Of a stretch of DNA of 32,000 bases, positions 1-10,617 are shown one piece after another. Position numbers and translations under genes: made by a program. The DNA is from Dickeya solani IPO 2222 (GTDB taxonomy: Bacteria > Pseudomonadota > Gammaproteobacteria > Enterobacterales > Enterobacteriaceae): NCBI RefSeq assembly GCF_001644705.1, contig NZ_CP015137.1, positions 4,260,001 to 4,292,000 of the forward strand, read 5' to 3'. The notes under the pieces are model-generated. The model made no database searches and was not told the origin of the DNA. It saw nothing but the letters and a program-made list of their open reading frames with translations. Positions within the stretch are counted from its first letter, which is position 1. Each line of letters begins with the position of its first letter.

Positions 1-8
1 TGCCTTAT

Positions 9-62
9 AGTTTTAGAGACATCGTTTTAGAGACATAGTTTTAGAGACATAGTTTTAGAGAC
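9..62. repeat. Tandem repeat of a 14-bp unit (a/c)GTTTTAGAGACAT, about 4 head-to-tail copies. The window edge may truncate the array.
   Basis: Direct reading gives agttttagagacat (9-22), cgttttagagacat (23-36), agttttagagacat (37-50) and agttttagagac (51-62). The copies are contiguous with no spacers. Confidence 0.9.
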
Positions 63-166
63 GTGAAAACCATTGAAGGCATTATCGGTCATGGCCGACT
101 GAACAGATCGTCGTCAACGCTGGCGTGTTGTTTTGATTTTTTCAGTAATCATTCGTACCAGAAACA

Positions 167-195
167 TAAATGTTATTACTGACACCTCCCGATAA
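167..195 (+). promoter_or_regulatory. Weak candidate sigma28 (FliA) class-3 flagellar/chemotaxis promoter upstream of the first MCP gene
   Basis: TAAATGTT (167-174) and CCCGATAA (188-195) resemble the consensus TAAAGTTT-N11-GCCGATAA. The spacer is 13 nt rather than 11. The site lies about 150 nt upstream of the ATG at 343. Confidence 0.25.
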
Positions 196-342
196 TGTGT
201 GTTGAGTCAGGGGCTTTCTTGTCACGATGCGAAGTGGATGGCAGTGGCGAGGGAGGCGTCTGGCTACCGTCGGGGTCAACCAAACGCAGGTGGCTACTAT
301 CAAACACGTGCTTAACGCATGATTAATTGTCCGGAGCCTGTT

Positions 343-2004
343 ATGACTTTTTTAAGAAATATTACTGTCAGAAGAATGATGTTAATTATTCTGGCACTGT
401 TTACCGTTATCTGGGGTATCACCTCTATTTATACACTGAACTCGTTCAGCAGCATGAACCACCTGCTGGATGACACGATAGACCAAAAGAAAAGTTTCTC
501 GAATCTGGTTAAAGGCAATGATCAGTATTTCCGCTCGGTAACCCGGATGATGCGGGTGGTGGATTACCGGCAGTCTGGCGATACCGACAATGCGCAGAAG
601 ACCCTGACCTCGGCGACCACCGCACTGAAAAATAGCGAAGAGGCGCTGGCGCAGTTTAGAAGCAGCGGGCATGTCGGCGTGGACGAGTCACTGGCGAAGC
701 AGATGGTCGATGTCTGGAGTCGTTTACTGCAAACCGGAATGGCACCGATGCTGGCGGCGGTTAACGAAGGGCGGAACGACGATTTCCAGCAACTTTACCG
801 CCAACAATATATGCCGCTGAGCGTGGAGTTTGGCGATGTGGCGAACAAATACGTCAACGCCATTCAGTCGGACGATACCATCACGGCGCTGAAGACACAC
901 ATCACCATCAACAAGAATGTGCTACTGGCCGCGCTGATTATTGGCGTTATCGTGCTGTTCCTGAGCGACCGTTATCTGGTCAATTATTTGGTGAAACCGA
1001 TTGGTCAGATTAAACGCCATCTGGAATTGCTGACCAGCGGTAAACTCGGCGCGGAACTGGATGAGTTCGGCCGCAACTGCGCCGGCCAGTTGATCCCCTA
1101 TATCCGGGCGATGCAGCATAGCCTGAGCGATACCGTACAGACTATTCATACCAGTTCGTCGGTGATCCATACCGGCACCGGCGAAATTCGGCAGGGTAAC
1201 GATGAACTGTCGCGCCGTACCGACCAGCAGGCCGCCGCCTTGCAGGAAACCGCCGCCAGCATGGAAGAGCTGACGTCGACGGTAAAAAACAACGCCGATA
1301 ACGTGCGTCAGGCCCGGCAGATTTCGGAAGAGGCGCAGCAGATGGCCCGGCAGGGCGGTGACATTACCGAAAGCGTGGTGACCACCATGCAGAGTATTTC
1401 CGACAGCTCCCGCAAGATTGCCGATATCACCAGCGTGATTAACGGCATCGCCTTCCAGACCAATATCCTGGCGCTGAATGCCGCGGTGGAAGCGGCGCGA
1501 GCCGGCGAGCAGGGGCGTGGTTTCGCGGTGGTGGCCGGGGAAGTTCGGAGTCTGGCACAGCGCAGCGCGCAGGCGGCCAAAGAGATTGAGACGCTGATCA
1601 GCGAATCGGTCGGCCGGGTGAATACCGGTTCTGAACTGGTGCGGGAAGCCGGCAGCGCCATGGAAGTGATTATTTCCTCGGTGTCGCGGGTACATGATCT
1701 GATGGGCGAGATTTCGGCGGCGTCCGACGAGCAGAGCCGGGGTATTGCGCAAATTGGTCAGGCGGTAACGGAAATGGACGGCGTGACGCAGCAGAACGCG
1801 GCGCTGGTGCAGGAAGCCACCACGGCGGCGGCCTCGTTGGAAGAGCAGGCGCGGAATCTGACGGCGGCGGTGGCGGCGTTTGACCTGGGCGACAAGCAGA
1901 CCGTACTGATTACTCCTCGCGCTGCTGTGCCGGCGCTGAAACGACCGGCGCTGAAAGCCTCTCTGCCGGCCAGTTCGTCTCACGGGAACTGGGAAACGTT
2001 CTGA
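343..2004 (+). CDS. Methyl-accepting chemotaxis protein (four-helix-bundle periplasmic sensor, HAMP, MA signalling domain) with C-terminal NWETF pentapeptide
   Basis: The ORF runs 319..2004. The start is trimmed to ATG 343 (MTFLRNITV...), which aligns with the paralogue start MSFLRDISI and follows GGAG at 333-336. Two TM segments flank a sensor of about 170 aa. The conserved MCP hairpin tip is present ([51 protein letters not shown]). Methylation-helix motifs include [18 protein letters not shown]. The protein ends in GNWETF, matching the CheR/CheB docking pentapeptide of Tar/Tsr-type receptors. Confidence 0.93.
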   Translation: MTFLRNITVRRMMLIILALFTVIWGITSIYTLNSFSSMNHLLDDTIDQKKSFSNLVKGNDQYFRSVTRMMRVVDYRQSGDTDNAQKTLTSATTALKNSEEALAQFRSSGHVGVDESLAKQMVDVWSRLLQTGMAPMLAAVNEGRNDDFQQLYRQQYMPLSVEFGDVANKYVNAIQSDDTITALKTHITINKNVLLAALIIGVIVLFLSDRYLVNYLVKPIGQIKRHLELLTSGKLGAELDEFGRNCAGQLIPYIRAMQHSLSDTVQTIHTSSSVIHTGTGEIRQGNDELSRRTDQQAAALQETAASMEELTSTVKNNADNVRQARQISEEAQQMARQGGDITESVVTTMQSISDSSRKIADITSVINGIAFQTNILALNAAVEAARAGEQGRGFAVVAGEVRSLAQRSAQAAKEIETLISESVGRVNTGSELVREAGSAMEVIISSVSRVHDLMGEISAASDEQSRGIAQIGQAVTEMDGVTQQNAALVQEATTAAASLEEQARNLTAAVAAFDLGDKQTVLITPRAAVPALKRPALKASLPASSSHGNWETF

Positions 2005-2033
2005 CGCTTTCCGCGTCTTCGCGTTATCCCGGA

Positions 2034-2059
2034 TGCACCGGCTTGCCGGTGCATTTTTT
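2034..2059 (+). terminator. Rho-independent terminator of the first MCP gene
   Basis: Stem tgcaccgg (2034-2041) pairs with ccggtgca (2046-2053) around loop cttg, followed directly by TTTTTT (2054-2059). It lies 30 nt after the stop codon. Confidence 0.85.
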
Positions 2060-2372
2060 ATTGTCGCGCAGAGGGGGGGCGTATTGATATTGGCGCACGT
2101 TGCCAGTCGGTTTTTCGACGAATAACCGGGTGAGTCATCTCATTTTTTCTATCCCTGCCTATACTTGCTGATAATCAGATAACGTACCGCCAGTGACTAT
2201 CCAGCTTATAAACGCTGGCCGGCGTTATTTCTGGTTTCTCTATGCCGCCATACCGACAGATTTTGGCAAGAATGGCGCTCTGATATTGATGCACTGCCGT
2301 ATTAATGGGTGAAGGATGCTCTGCTAATCAGCGAATCGTGGAAAAACGTCAAATAACGTTCGGGAGTTAACT

Positions 2373-4058
2373 ATGTCTTTTCTAAGAGATATCAGTATAA
2401 GAGTGATGATGTTATTCATTATGGGATTTTTCGTGGTGCTATGGGGAGGGGCATCCGGATTTAGCCTTTATTCCTTAAAACAGGTCACGACATTATTGCA
2501 CGACAATTCGACTCAGGGGCGTACCTATACTTATCTGGTTTATGGTAATGATCAGTATTTCCGCTCGGTCACCCGTATGGCGCGAGTGATGGATTATTCT
2601 CAGTTTAGCGATGCCGAGAATGCTAAAAAAACGTTGGATTCTGCACAGATAGCAATCAATAACACGAAAAGCGCGCTGGAGAAATTTAAAGCAGCCGACC
2701 AGGTAGGCGTGGATAAGGTGCTGGTGGATAATATGATTACCACCTGGTCAGCATTGATCAGTAATGGTATTGAACCTATGTATCGGGCATTGCAAAGCAA
2801 TAATCTGGATGAATTTCGGCGTATTTTTCGCACCGTCTATCCGCCGGCCAGTGTGGCGTTTGGCGAAGTGGCGCAGAAATATGCCAGTGTGGTGACCAAC
2901 TCGGATTATATTGATACGGTTAATTCTCATAATAACTGGACCCGAAATGTATTAATTCTGGCGCTGGTTATTAGCGTGGCGATTTTCCTGGTCAGCGAAC
3001 GCTACCTGACCAAATATCTGGTTAATCCGATCTCGGTGATCAAAGCACACCTTGGAAAACTGATCGCCGGTCGACTCGATCAACATCTGGCCGAGTTCGG
3101 CCGCAACTGTGCCGGGCGTATTATTCCTGATATCAAGCAATTGCAGCACAGTCTAAAAGATACTGTAGCGTTGATCAGCAGTACCGCCGAAGCGATTTAT
3201 CAAGGGGCGACCGAAATCAGGCAGGGCAATAACGATTTATCCAGCCGTACCGAGCAGCAGGCGTCTGCGCTGCAGGAAACCGCCGCCAGTATGGAACAGC
3301 TTAGCTCCACTGTGCAGCACAATGCTGAAAACGTACATCAGGCGACCAAGCTGGCGCATGAAGCCACCGATGCGGCGAAACAGGGCGGGAAAATTACCGA
3401 TAACGTGGTGGAAACCATGGACAGTATTACCGCCAGCTCCCGCAAGATTGCCGATATTACCTCGGTAATTAACGGTATTGCCTTCCAGACAAATATTCTG
3501 GCGCTGAATGCCGCAGTGGAAGCCGCGCGGGCCGGCGAACAGGGCCGGGGATTCGCGGTGGTGGCGGGAGAGGTGCGCAGTCTGGCGCAGCGTAGCGCGC
3601 AGGCGGCCAAAGAGATCGAGGGGTTGATCGCCGAGTCGGTATCCCGAGTGGATATTGGCTCATCACAGGTCAAACAGGCGGGTGAAGCGATGGGTACGAT
3701 TATCACCGCTGTATCGCATGTCAGCGACCTGATTGGCGAGATTGCTTCGGCATCGGACGAACAGAGCCGGGGGATTTCGCAAATTGGGCAGGCCGTCAAC
3801 GAAATGGACGGCGTAACCCAGCAGAATGCCACGCTGGTGCAACAGGCGATGGCGGCGATCGCCTCGCTGGAAGAGCAGGCGCAGCAACTGACGAAGGCGG
3901 TAGAAGTGTTCCACCTCGGTTCTGAATACCAGACGGCCGCCAGTCGCACGCGCCCGGCGGGCAATATGGCACTGAAGCGCCCGGCGCTGAGTGGAATGGC
4001 TCCCGCGCTGCCGCCTGCCCGCACAGCCAGTGACGAGGGTAGCTGGGAAAAATTCTGA
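2373..4058 (+). CDS. Methyl-accepting chemotaxis protein, tandem paralogue of the upstream MCP, with C-terminal SWEKF pentapeptide variant
   Basis: Full ORF with SD GGGAG 8 nt upstream of the ATG. The architecture matches MCP 1 and is colinear with it from the start codon (constant offset of 2030 nt). The signalling hairpin is identical at protein level. The sensor domain is diverged. Confidence 0.93.
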   Translation: MSFLRDISIRVMMLFIMGFFVVLWGGASGFSLYSLKQVTTLLHDNSTQGRTYTYLVYGNDQYFRSVTRMARVMDYSQFSDAENAKKTLDSAQIAINNTKSALEKFKAADQVGVDKVLVDNMITTWSALISNGIEPMYRALQSNNLDEFRRIFRTVYPPASVAFGEVAQKYASVVTNSDYIDTVNSHNNWTRNVLILALVISVAIFLVSERYLTKYLVNPISVIKAHLGKLIAGRLDQHLAEFGRNCAGRIIPDIKQLQHSLKDTVALISSTAEAIYQGATEIRQGNNDLSSRTEQQASALQETAASMEQLSSTVQHNAENVHQATKLAHEATDAAKQGGKITDNVVETMDSITASSRKIADITSVINGIAFQTNILALNAAVEAARAGEQGRGFAVVAGEVRSLAQRSAQAAKEIEGLIAESVSRVDIGSSQVKQAGEAMGTIITAVSHVSDLIGEIASASDEQSRGISQIGQAVNEMDGVTQQNATLVQQAMAAIASLEEQAQQLTKAVEVFHLGSEYQTAASRTRPAGNMALKRPALSGMAPALPPARTASDEGSWEKF

Positions 4059-4070
4059 TCCTGTCCGTTC

Positions 4071-4104
4071 GCCCGCGGTATTCGTTGCAACGGATACCGC
4101 GGGC
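4071..4104 (+). terminator. Long near-perfect palindrome, probable terminator of the second MCP gene
   Basis: gcccgcggtat (4071-4081) pairs with ataccgcgggc (4094-4104). The inner cgttg/caacg also pair. The following sequence gttgtgtttgtc is only moderately U-rich. Confidence 0.65.
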
Positions 4105-4258
4105 GTTGTGTTTGTCGTGGTAAGCGCCGCGGCAAGTTGAAGTCTTTTCATCGGCCATGACGCACAATCACTGGATAATCGTCAGACACTCCATTAGAGT
4201 TGTGGCCGGCGTTGGCTCCGGGCAACGTCAGACTGAGAGACACCTGCTGGAGAAAAAA

Positions 4259-4945
4259 ATGTCGGCTGTATTAACAAAATCGGCTGTATTAACAAAAGAA
4301 GCGGCCCTGGTTCACGAGGCGCTGTTGGCGCGTGGCCTGGAAACCCCACTGCGCGGCAAAATGCTGGAAAGTGAAACCCGTAAGCGCCTCATCGCTGAGC
4401 ACATGACGGAAATCATGAACCTGCTGAATCTCGATCTGGCAGACGATAGTCTGGCGGAAACCCCTCATCGCATCGCCAAAATGTATGTGGAAGAGATTTT
4501 TTCCGGTCTGGACTACGCCAATTTCCCGAAAATCACCATTATCGAAAACAAGATGAAAGTGGACGAAATGGTGACGGTACGCGACATCACCCTGACCAGC
4601 ACCTGTGAACACCACTTTGTGACGATTGATGGCAAAGCCACGGTGGCGTACATCCCGAAAGAGGGCGTGATTGGGTTGTCCAAAATCAACCGTATCGTGC
4701 AGTTCTTCTCCCAGCGTCCGCAGGTGCAAGAGCGTCTGACTCAACAGATTCTGGTGGCGTTGCAGACGCTGCTTGGCACCAGCAACGTGGCGGTGTCGAT
4801 CGACGCGGTGCACTATTGCGTCAAGGCACGCGGCATTCGTGACGCCACCAGTGCCACTACGACCACCTCGCTGGGCGGCCTGTTCAAATCCAGTCAGAAT
4901 ACCCGGCAGGAATTCCTGCGCGCGGTGCGCCACCACCAAAACTGA
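4259..4945 (+). CDS. folE: GTP cyclohydrolase I (FolE)
   Basis: The protein is near-identical to E. coli FolE as I recall it ([18 protein letters not shown] ... [21 protein letters not shown] ... [10 protein letters not shown] ... [11 protein letters not shown]). The start is trimmed from ORF-track 4157 to ATG 4259, which is preceded by GGAG (4249-4252). Confidence 0.95.
   Translation: MSAVLTKSAVLTKEAALVHEALLARGLETPLRGKMLESETRKRLIAEHMTEIMNLLNLDLADDSLAETPHRIAKMYVEEIFSGLDYANFPKITIIENKMKVDEMVTVRDITLTSTCEHHFVTIDGKATVAYIPKEGVIGLSKINRIVQFFSQRPQVQERLTQQILVALQTLLGTSNVAVSIDAVHYCVKARGIRDATSATTTTSLGGLFKSSQNTRQEFLRAVRHHQN
4262..4297 (+). repeat. Perfect 18-bp tandem duplication inside the folE 5' end, giving an in-frame [12 protein letters not shown]
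   Basis: tcggctgtattaacaaaa at 4262-4279 is repeated exactly at 4280-4297, starting at codon 2 of folE. Confidence 0.95.
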
Positions 4946-5057
4946 TTGGTAGTGTGGGTTGTCTTTTGGTGGTCGGTGTCGGCCGCCATAAAATCATGGG
5001 CATTTGCCGCGCCAGTCACTACAATTCGCTGATACTTCCCTGTATTTGCTAAAAGCC

Positions 5058-6242
5058 ATGCCGCCACCGCCCCATTCCTCATCTCGTATTCCCATGCTGG
5101 ACTTTGCCCGCGGTTTGGCGATGCTCGGCATTTTGCTAATGAACATTGTCTCGTTCGGTCTGCCGCACGCGGCCTATCTCAACCCCGCGTGGCAGGGACC
5201 GCCTTCCGCCGCCGATGCCTGGACATGGGCGCTGATGGATATGGTGGCGCAGGGAAAGTTTCTCACCCTGTTTGCCCTGCTGTTTGGCGCCGGGCTGCAA
5301 CTGTTGTTGAAACGCGGTAAGCGCTGGATCCATGCCCGGCTGTTCTGGTTGATGGTGTTTGGCTTGCTGCATAGTCTCTTTCTGTGGGACGGCGACATTT
5401 TGCTGGATTATGGCCTGATCGGTCTGGTGTGCTACGGCCTGTTGCGGCACGCCGACAGCACCCGCATGTTGCTGCGTACCGGCGTCGTGCTGTACCTGAT
5501 GGGGCTGGCGATGCTGGTGGTGTTGAGCCAGGTGCTGAGCCCGGACGGCGGCAGTTTCTGGCAACCGGGGCCGGCCGAGGTCACCTATGAAGCCTGGTGG
5601 TTAACGCAAGGCGGACCGGAAGCCTGGCACAATCGTCTGTCGCTGCTGAATGAAAGCCTGTTGTCGCTGGGCATCCAATATGGCTGGTTGCTGGCCGGGT
5701 CGATGCTGATGGGCGCGGCGCTGATGCGTAGCGGCTGGTTGCGGGGGCAGTTCAGCCAACGGCATTATCGCCGTGTTGCGTTATGGCTGCTACCGCTGGC
5801 GTTGCTGATTAACGGACTGGGTATCATGGCCCAATGGCAATTGCAGTGGGAATATCGCTGGTGCGGTCTACTGCTGCAAATCCCGCGGGAAGTGGGCGCG
5901 CCGCTGCAAGCGGTGGCGTATCTGGCGTTGTGCTATGGCTTCTGGCCGACGCTGGCGAACTGGCGGCTGACTCGCTGGGTCGTTGATGTCGGGCGTATGG
6001 CGTTAAGCAGTTATCTGTTGCAGACCCTGATTTGCACCGCGTTGTTCAATCGCCTCGGCTGGTTCATGCAGTTGGATCGCTGGCAGCTATTGCTGGTGGT
6101 GCCGCCGGTATGGCTATGCAATCTGCTGACGGCGCGTCTCTGGCTGAGCGCTTTCCGGCAAGGACCGGTAGAGGGCGTATGGCGCTGGCTGACGGCTCGG
6201 GTTGCCGGGCCGGTTTCAGCGCAATCTGCGCACGAACCCTGA
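5058..6242 (+). CDS. yeiB: DUF418-family inner-membrane protein YeiB
   Basis: Colinear with E. coli YeiB as recalled (LDF.RG.A.LGILL.N...FGLP.AAYLNPAW; FLTLFALLFGAGLQ.LL.RG.RWI; GRMAL.NYLLQTLICT.LF; FRQGPVE). As in E. coli it lies downstream of folE. The start is uncertain. ATG 5058 and ATG 5094 are both in frame and neither has a clear SD. The ORF-track start at 5004 is TTG. Confidence 0.85.
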   Translation: MPPPPHSSSRIPMLDFARGLAMLGILLMNIVSFGLPHAAYLNPAWQGPPSAADAWTWALMDMVAQGKFLTLFALLFGAGLQLLLKRGKRWIHARLFWLMVFGLLHSLFLWDGDILLDYGLIGLVCYGLLRHADSTRMLLRTGVVLYLMGLAMLVVLSQVLSPDGGSFWQPGPAEVTYEAWWLTQGGPEAWHNRLSLLNESLLSLGIQYGWLLAGSMLMGAALMRSGWLRGQFSQRHYRRVALWLLPLALLINGLGIMAQWQLQWEYRWCGLLLQIPREVGAPLQAVAYLALCYGFWPTLANWRLTRWVVDVGRMALSSYLLQTLICTALFNRLGWFMQLDRWQLLLVVPPVWLCNLLTARLWLSAFRQGPVEGVWRWLTARVAGPVSAQSAHEP

Positions 6243-7109
<867 letters not shown>

Positions 7110-7130
7110 TCAAAATGACGGGGAGTGCGG

Positions 7131-7159
7131 AATCAGTCGGGTTATCAACCCGACTGATT
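7131..7159 (-). terminator. 13-bp perfect inverted repeat 10 nt downstream of the rimO stop, a possible transcript-end hairpin with no U-tract
   Basis: aatcagtcgggtt (7131-7143) pairs with aacccgactgatt (7147-7159) around a 3-nt centre. No T-run follows on either strand. Confidence 0.4.
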
Positions 7160-7168
7160 TGGATGGAG

Positions 7169-8572
7169 TCAGACCAGGCTGCCCCACAGGTCGTATTCGT
7201 CGGCGTGTTCAATTTTCACGGTAACCAGATCGCCCACGTTGACCCGGTTTTCGCCGTTCAGATAGACTGCGCCGTCGATCTCAGGCGCATCCGCCATGCT
7301 GCGACCGATAGCGCCTTCTTCGTCGATTTCATCGATCAGCACTTTCAGTTCGCGGCCCACTTTAGCCTGCAGACGCTGGCTGGAAATCTGCTGTTGCACC
7401 TGCATGAAACGGTGGTAACGCTCTTCTTTCACCGCTTCCGGCACTTGATCCGGCAGGTCGTTGGCCGTCGCGCCTTCTACCGGGCTGTAACGGAAACAGC
7501 CTACGCGATCTAACTGCGCTTCCTGCAGGAAATCCAGCAGCATCTGGAAATCTTCTTCGGTTTCGCCGGGGAAGCCGACAATAAACGTAGAACGCAGCGT
7601 CAGCTCCGGGCAAATCTCGCGCCAGCGCTTGATGCGTTCCAGCGTTCGCTCCACCGCGCCGGGGCGTTTCATCAGCTTGAGGATTTTCGGGCTGGCGTGT
7701 TGCAGCGGAATATCCAGATACGGCAGCACCTTGCCGGCCGCCATCAGTGGGATAACGTCGTCCACATGCGGATACGGATAAACATAGTGCAGACGCACCC
7801 ATAGCCCCAGCGACGACAGTTGCTCGCACAGGCTGACCATGCTGGTTTTCACCGGCTGGCCGTTCCAGAACCCGGTGCGGTGCTTGACGTCGACGCCATA
7901 GGCAGACGTATCTTGGGATATGACCAGCAGTTCCTTGACGCCCGCATCCGCCAACCGCTTGGCTTCATCCAGCACTGAACCGATCGGGCGGCTGTCCAAA
8001 TCACCGCGCATCGACGGAATGATGCAGAAGGTGCAACGGTGATCGCAGCCTTCAGAAATTTTCAGATAGGCGTAGTGGCGCGGCGTCAGTTTCACCCCCT
8101 GCGCCGGGATCAGGCTGGTGAACGGGTCGTGCTCCGGCTTGGGGACGTAGCGGTGCACATGGTTGAGCACCTGCTCGTAGCTGTGTGGGCCGGTTATTTC
8201 CAGCACGTTGGGGTGTACTTCACGGATCTGATTATCTTTCGCACCCAGACAGCCGGTCACGATCACCTTGCCGTTTTCGTTGAGCGCTTCGCCAATCGCT
8301 TCCAGCGATTCCTGCACCGCGCTGTCGATGAAGCCACAGGTATTGACGATCACCAGATCGGCATCATTGTAACTTGGCACCACCTGATACCCTTCGGTAC
8401 GCAATTCGGTCAGGATGCGCTCCGAATCCACCAGGTTTTTCGGGCAACCGAGGCTAACAAAGCCAATCTTGCGGGACAGGTCTTTGCCGGCGCCACCGGG
8501 TTGATCGCTCAGGGCTTTTTGCGGTGCCGACAGCGTGGTGGTCTGGGATGGATCGAAGGTGTTAACAGTCAT
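7169..8572 (-). CDS. rimO: Ribosomal protein S12 methylthiotransferase RimO (radical SAM)
   Basis: Near-identical to E. coli RimO (YliG) as recalled ([28 protein letters not shown]; radical-SAM CxxxCxxC in [19 protein letters not shown]; C-terminal TRAM domain ending ADEYDLWGS). Confidence 0.96.
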   Translation of the reverse strand: MTVNTFDPSQTTTLSAPQKALSDQPGGAGKDLSRKIGFVSLGCPKNLVDSERILTELRTEGYQVVPSYNDADLVIVNTCGFIDSAVQESLEAIGEALNENGKVIVTGCLGAKDNQIREVHPNVLEITGPHSYEQVLNHVHRYVPKPEHDPFTSLIPAQGVKLTPRHYAYLKISEGCDHRCTFCIIPSMRGDLDSRPIGSVLDEAKRLADAGVKELLVISQDTSAYGVDVKHRTGFWNGQPVKTSMVSLCEQLSSLGLWVRLHYVYPYPHVDDVIPLMAAGKVLPYLDIPLQHASPKILKLMKRPGAVERTLERIKRWREICPELTLRSTFIVGFPGETEEDFQMLLDFLQEAQLDRVGCFRYSPVEGATANDLPDQVPEAVKEERYHRFMQVQQQISSQRLQAKVGRELKVLIDEIDEEGAIGRSMADAPEIDGAVYLNGENRVNVGDLVTVKIEHADEYDLWGSLV

Positions 8573-8827
8573 AGCGTCTCATAGATCGGGTTGGGGCGGA
8601 AAAATGCGGCGGATTATACCTGAATCATCGTCAGGAAACAGTCCCGTGTGATTATAAAACAATCAGTGAGAACCGGCAGCCGGCGGCTGGCGCGGTTGGA
8701 TGGAACAAGATGCAAATTTGAGTAAATTTTACCTGGCAGTTTGGTTCAACATGCTATTAGTTTTACATTCTGTGCCGTTTTACATGTGGTGATTTCATCG
8801 CCACGACCAATAACAGGGAGAACCTGC

Positions 8828-9952
8828 ATGTTTTTTCCCCGCTTTCATTTTCTTACCTTGCCGCTGCTGGCGGCAGGCTGGCTGTTTTCCATGAGTCTGT
8901 TTGCCGCGCCGACAGTCACCGTGTTGCAGGATAATCTTGATCATCCGTGGTCGCTGGCGTTTTTGCCGGATGAGCAAGGATTGTTGCTGACGGAACGTTC
9001 CGGCCAGTTGCGGAACTGGCAGGCCGGAAAAGGGTTATCGGCGCCGATTGACGGCGTTCCGGCGGTGTTTGCCCGTTCGCAGGGCGGTTTACTGGATGTG
9101 GTGCTGTCGCCGAATTTCCGGCAGGATCGCCGCGTGTACCTGAGTTATGCCGAATCGGGGCCGGAAGGGCTGGCGGGAACGGCGGCAGGATTTGGTGTTC
9201 TGTCGGATGATATGCGGCGTTTGAACAACTTCACCGTGATTTTCCGCCAACTGCCGAAGCGCTCGACCGGCGCCCATTTTGGCGGGCGGATGGCGTTTGA
9301 CCGGCAGGGGCATCTGTTTATCGCGCTGGGCGAAAATCAGCAGCGCATGCTGGCTCAGGATCTGGGCAGTCTGCAGGGCAAGCTGGTGCGCCTCACCCCG
9401 GAGGGCGAGGCGCCGGTTGATAATCCATTTGTTAACCACACGGGCGCCAGACCGGAAATTTGGTCCTACGGGTTGCGCAATCCACAAGGACTGGCGCTGA
9501 ATCCGTGGTCCGGCGATATCTGGGAAAGCGAACACGGACCGCGGGGCGGTGATGAGGTGAATATTCCCCGGCCGGGCGAAAATTACGGCTGGCCGCTGGC
9601 GACGTACGGTATCGATTATTCGGGGCAGAAAATTCCTGAATTTCAGGGAACGGAGGTGGCCGGCACCGCCAACCCGGTTTACTACTGGAAAGTTTCGCCC
9701 GCCATCAGCGGGATGGCGTTTTACAACAGCGGCCGTTTCCCGGCCTGGCGTCATTCGTTATTCATCGGCGCGCTGGCGGGCACCAGCCTGATCCGATTGT
9801 CGCTGGAAGGCGATCGGGTCGTGTCGGAAGAGCGTCTGCTGACGGATCGGGGCGAGCGTATCCGCGATGTGCGGGTCGGGCCGGATGGCTATCTCTATGT
9901 GCTGACCGATCAGGATAACGGCAAGTTGCTGAAAGTTGGGCTGGCGGAGTGA
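8828..9952 (+). CDS. yliI: Soluble PQQ-dependent aldose sugar dehydrogenase YliI (beta-propeller, secreted)
   Basis: The start is trimmed to ATG 8828 (SD GGGAGA at 8814-8819). The N-terminus MFFPRFHFLTLPLLAAGWLFSMSLFA is signal-peptide-like. Motifs typical of the glucose/sorbosone dehydrogenase family are present (HPWSLAFLPD, SQGGLLDV, HFGGR.AF, GLRNPQGLA, EHGPRGGDE.N, GENYGWP). Its position between rimO and gstB matches the E. coli yliI location. Confidence 0.88.
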   Translation: MFFPRFHFLTLPLLAAGWLFSMSLFAAPTVTVLQDNLDHPWSLAFLPDEQGLLLTERSGQLRNWQAGKGLSAPIDGVPAVFARSQGGLLDVVLSPNFRQDRRVYLSYAESGPEGLAGTAAGFGVLSDDMRRLNNFTVIFRQLPKRSTGAHFGGRMAFDRQGHLFIALGENQQRMLAQDLGSLQGKLVRLTPEGEAPVDNPFVNHTGARPEIWSYGLRNPQGLALNPWSGDIWESEHGPRGGDEVNIPRPGENYGWPLATYGIDYSGQKIPEFQGTEVAGTANPVYYWKVSPAISGMAFYNSGRFPAWRHSLFIGALAGTSLIRLSLEGDRVVSEERLLTDRGERIRDVRVGPDGYLYVLTDQDNGKLLKVGLAE

Positions 9953-9968
9953 CGATATCCAGTGTGAT

Positions 9969-9991
9969 GGAGCGCCCGCGCCGGGCGCTCC
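9969..9991. terminator. GC-rich hairpin between the convergent yliI and gstB genes, a possible bidirectional terminator
   Basis: ggagcgcccg (9969-9978) pairs with cgggcgctcc (9982-9991). There are no flanking T/A runs. Confidence 0.45.
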
Positions 9992-9999
9992 GCGCAACA

Positions 10000-10617
10000 T
10001 CAGGTCAGCGGCAACATTACGGTCTGGCGGAAGGCATCCCGTTCGGTCAGTTGCTGATACCAGCGTTCCAGATGTGGGCGAGGTTGGCGGCTAATCGGCA
10101 GGTTGAACCAGCTGTAAGCGATGCATCCTAATGGGATATCGCCAATGCCAAATTCGTCGCCGGAAAGCCAGCGTTGTTTTGCCAATACCGCATCGGCGAT
10201 AGCAAACAATTTTTCGCAACCGGCGATACCGGTCTCAACATCCTGCATATTGCGTTTTTCCGGCGCGGTGCGCACCAGATTGATAAAGACCTGTTTGTAA
10301 GGCTCGGTGAACCCCGCGGCCCAGTCCAGCCACTTGTCGATGCCGGCCTGTATCTTCGGGTCGGCGTGGTAGAAGCGGCCTGGACCATATTGCGCGGCCA
10401 GATAACGTACGATGGCATGCGATTCCCACAATACCAGGTCGTCATCCTGCAGGCAGGGCACCAGTCCGTTAGGGTTCATGGACAGGTAGTCCGGATCGCG
10501 GTTGCGGCCGAATTGCCCGCCAGCCGGCACCAGTTCATACGCCAGCCCGAGTTCTGCCGCACACCAGCGCGCTTTCTTCACATTGGTCGAGTTTTCACGA
10601 CCCCAGATTATCAGCAT
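10000..10617 (-). CDS. gstB: Glutathione S-transferase GstB (YliJ)
   Basis: The start is trimmed to ATG 10617 (MLIIWGRENSTNVKK...), preceded by GGAAGGAG. Colinear with E. coli GstB as recalled (WGR..STNVKK; MNPNGLVP; LWES.AIVRYLAAQYG; RPHLERWYQQLTER). Confidence 0.9.
   Translation of the reverse strand: MLIIWGRENSTNVKKARWCAAELGLAYELVPAGGQFGRNRDPDYLSMNPNGLVPCLQDDDLVLWESHAIVRYLAAQYGPGRFYHADPKIQAGIDKWLDWAAGFTEPYKQVFINLVRTAPEKRNMQDVETGIAGCEKLFAIADAVLAKQRWLSGDEFGIGDIPLGCIAYSWFNLPISRQPRPHLERWYQQLTERDAFRQTVMLPLT

Noticed and set aside
9-62. GTTTTAGAG-containing repeats that superficially resemble the start of a type II CRISPR repeat
   Set aside because: The units are only 14 bp and directly contiguous with no spacers. 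No cas genes or leader are visible. This is a plain tandem repeat, not a CRISPR array.
319-342. N-terminal extensions offered by the ORF track for MCP 1 (319), folE (4157), yeiB (5004), sanA (7091), yliI (8741), gstB (10686), metN (11794), dacC (14968), nfsA (20619), ybjN (22470), potF (23266), potH (25731), ybjO (27523) and rlmC (28242)
   Set aside because: Homologue N-termini, signal-peptide logic and SD positions support internal starts. The extensions overlap upstream genes or promoters and have no homologue counterpart.
922-1983. Long antisense ORFs inside real genes: 922..1983(-), 3338..4135(-), 10996..11823(-), 12782..13537(-), 14992..16026(-), 17527..18813(+), 20787..21410(-), 21552..22145(-), 23446..24081(-), 24556..25785(-), 9089..9754(-)
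   Set aside because: Each lies opposite a gene with strong homologue support. Their translations are low-complexity and rich in R/G/Q/H/P, as is typical of mirror-frame ORFs in GC-rich coding DNA. They have no recognisable domains or SD-linked starts.
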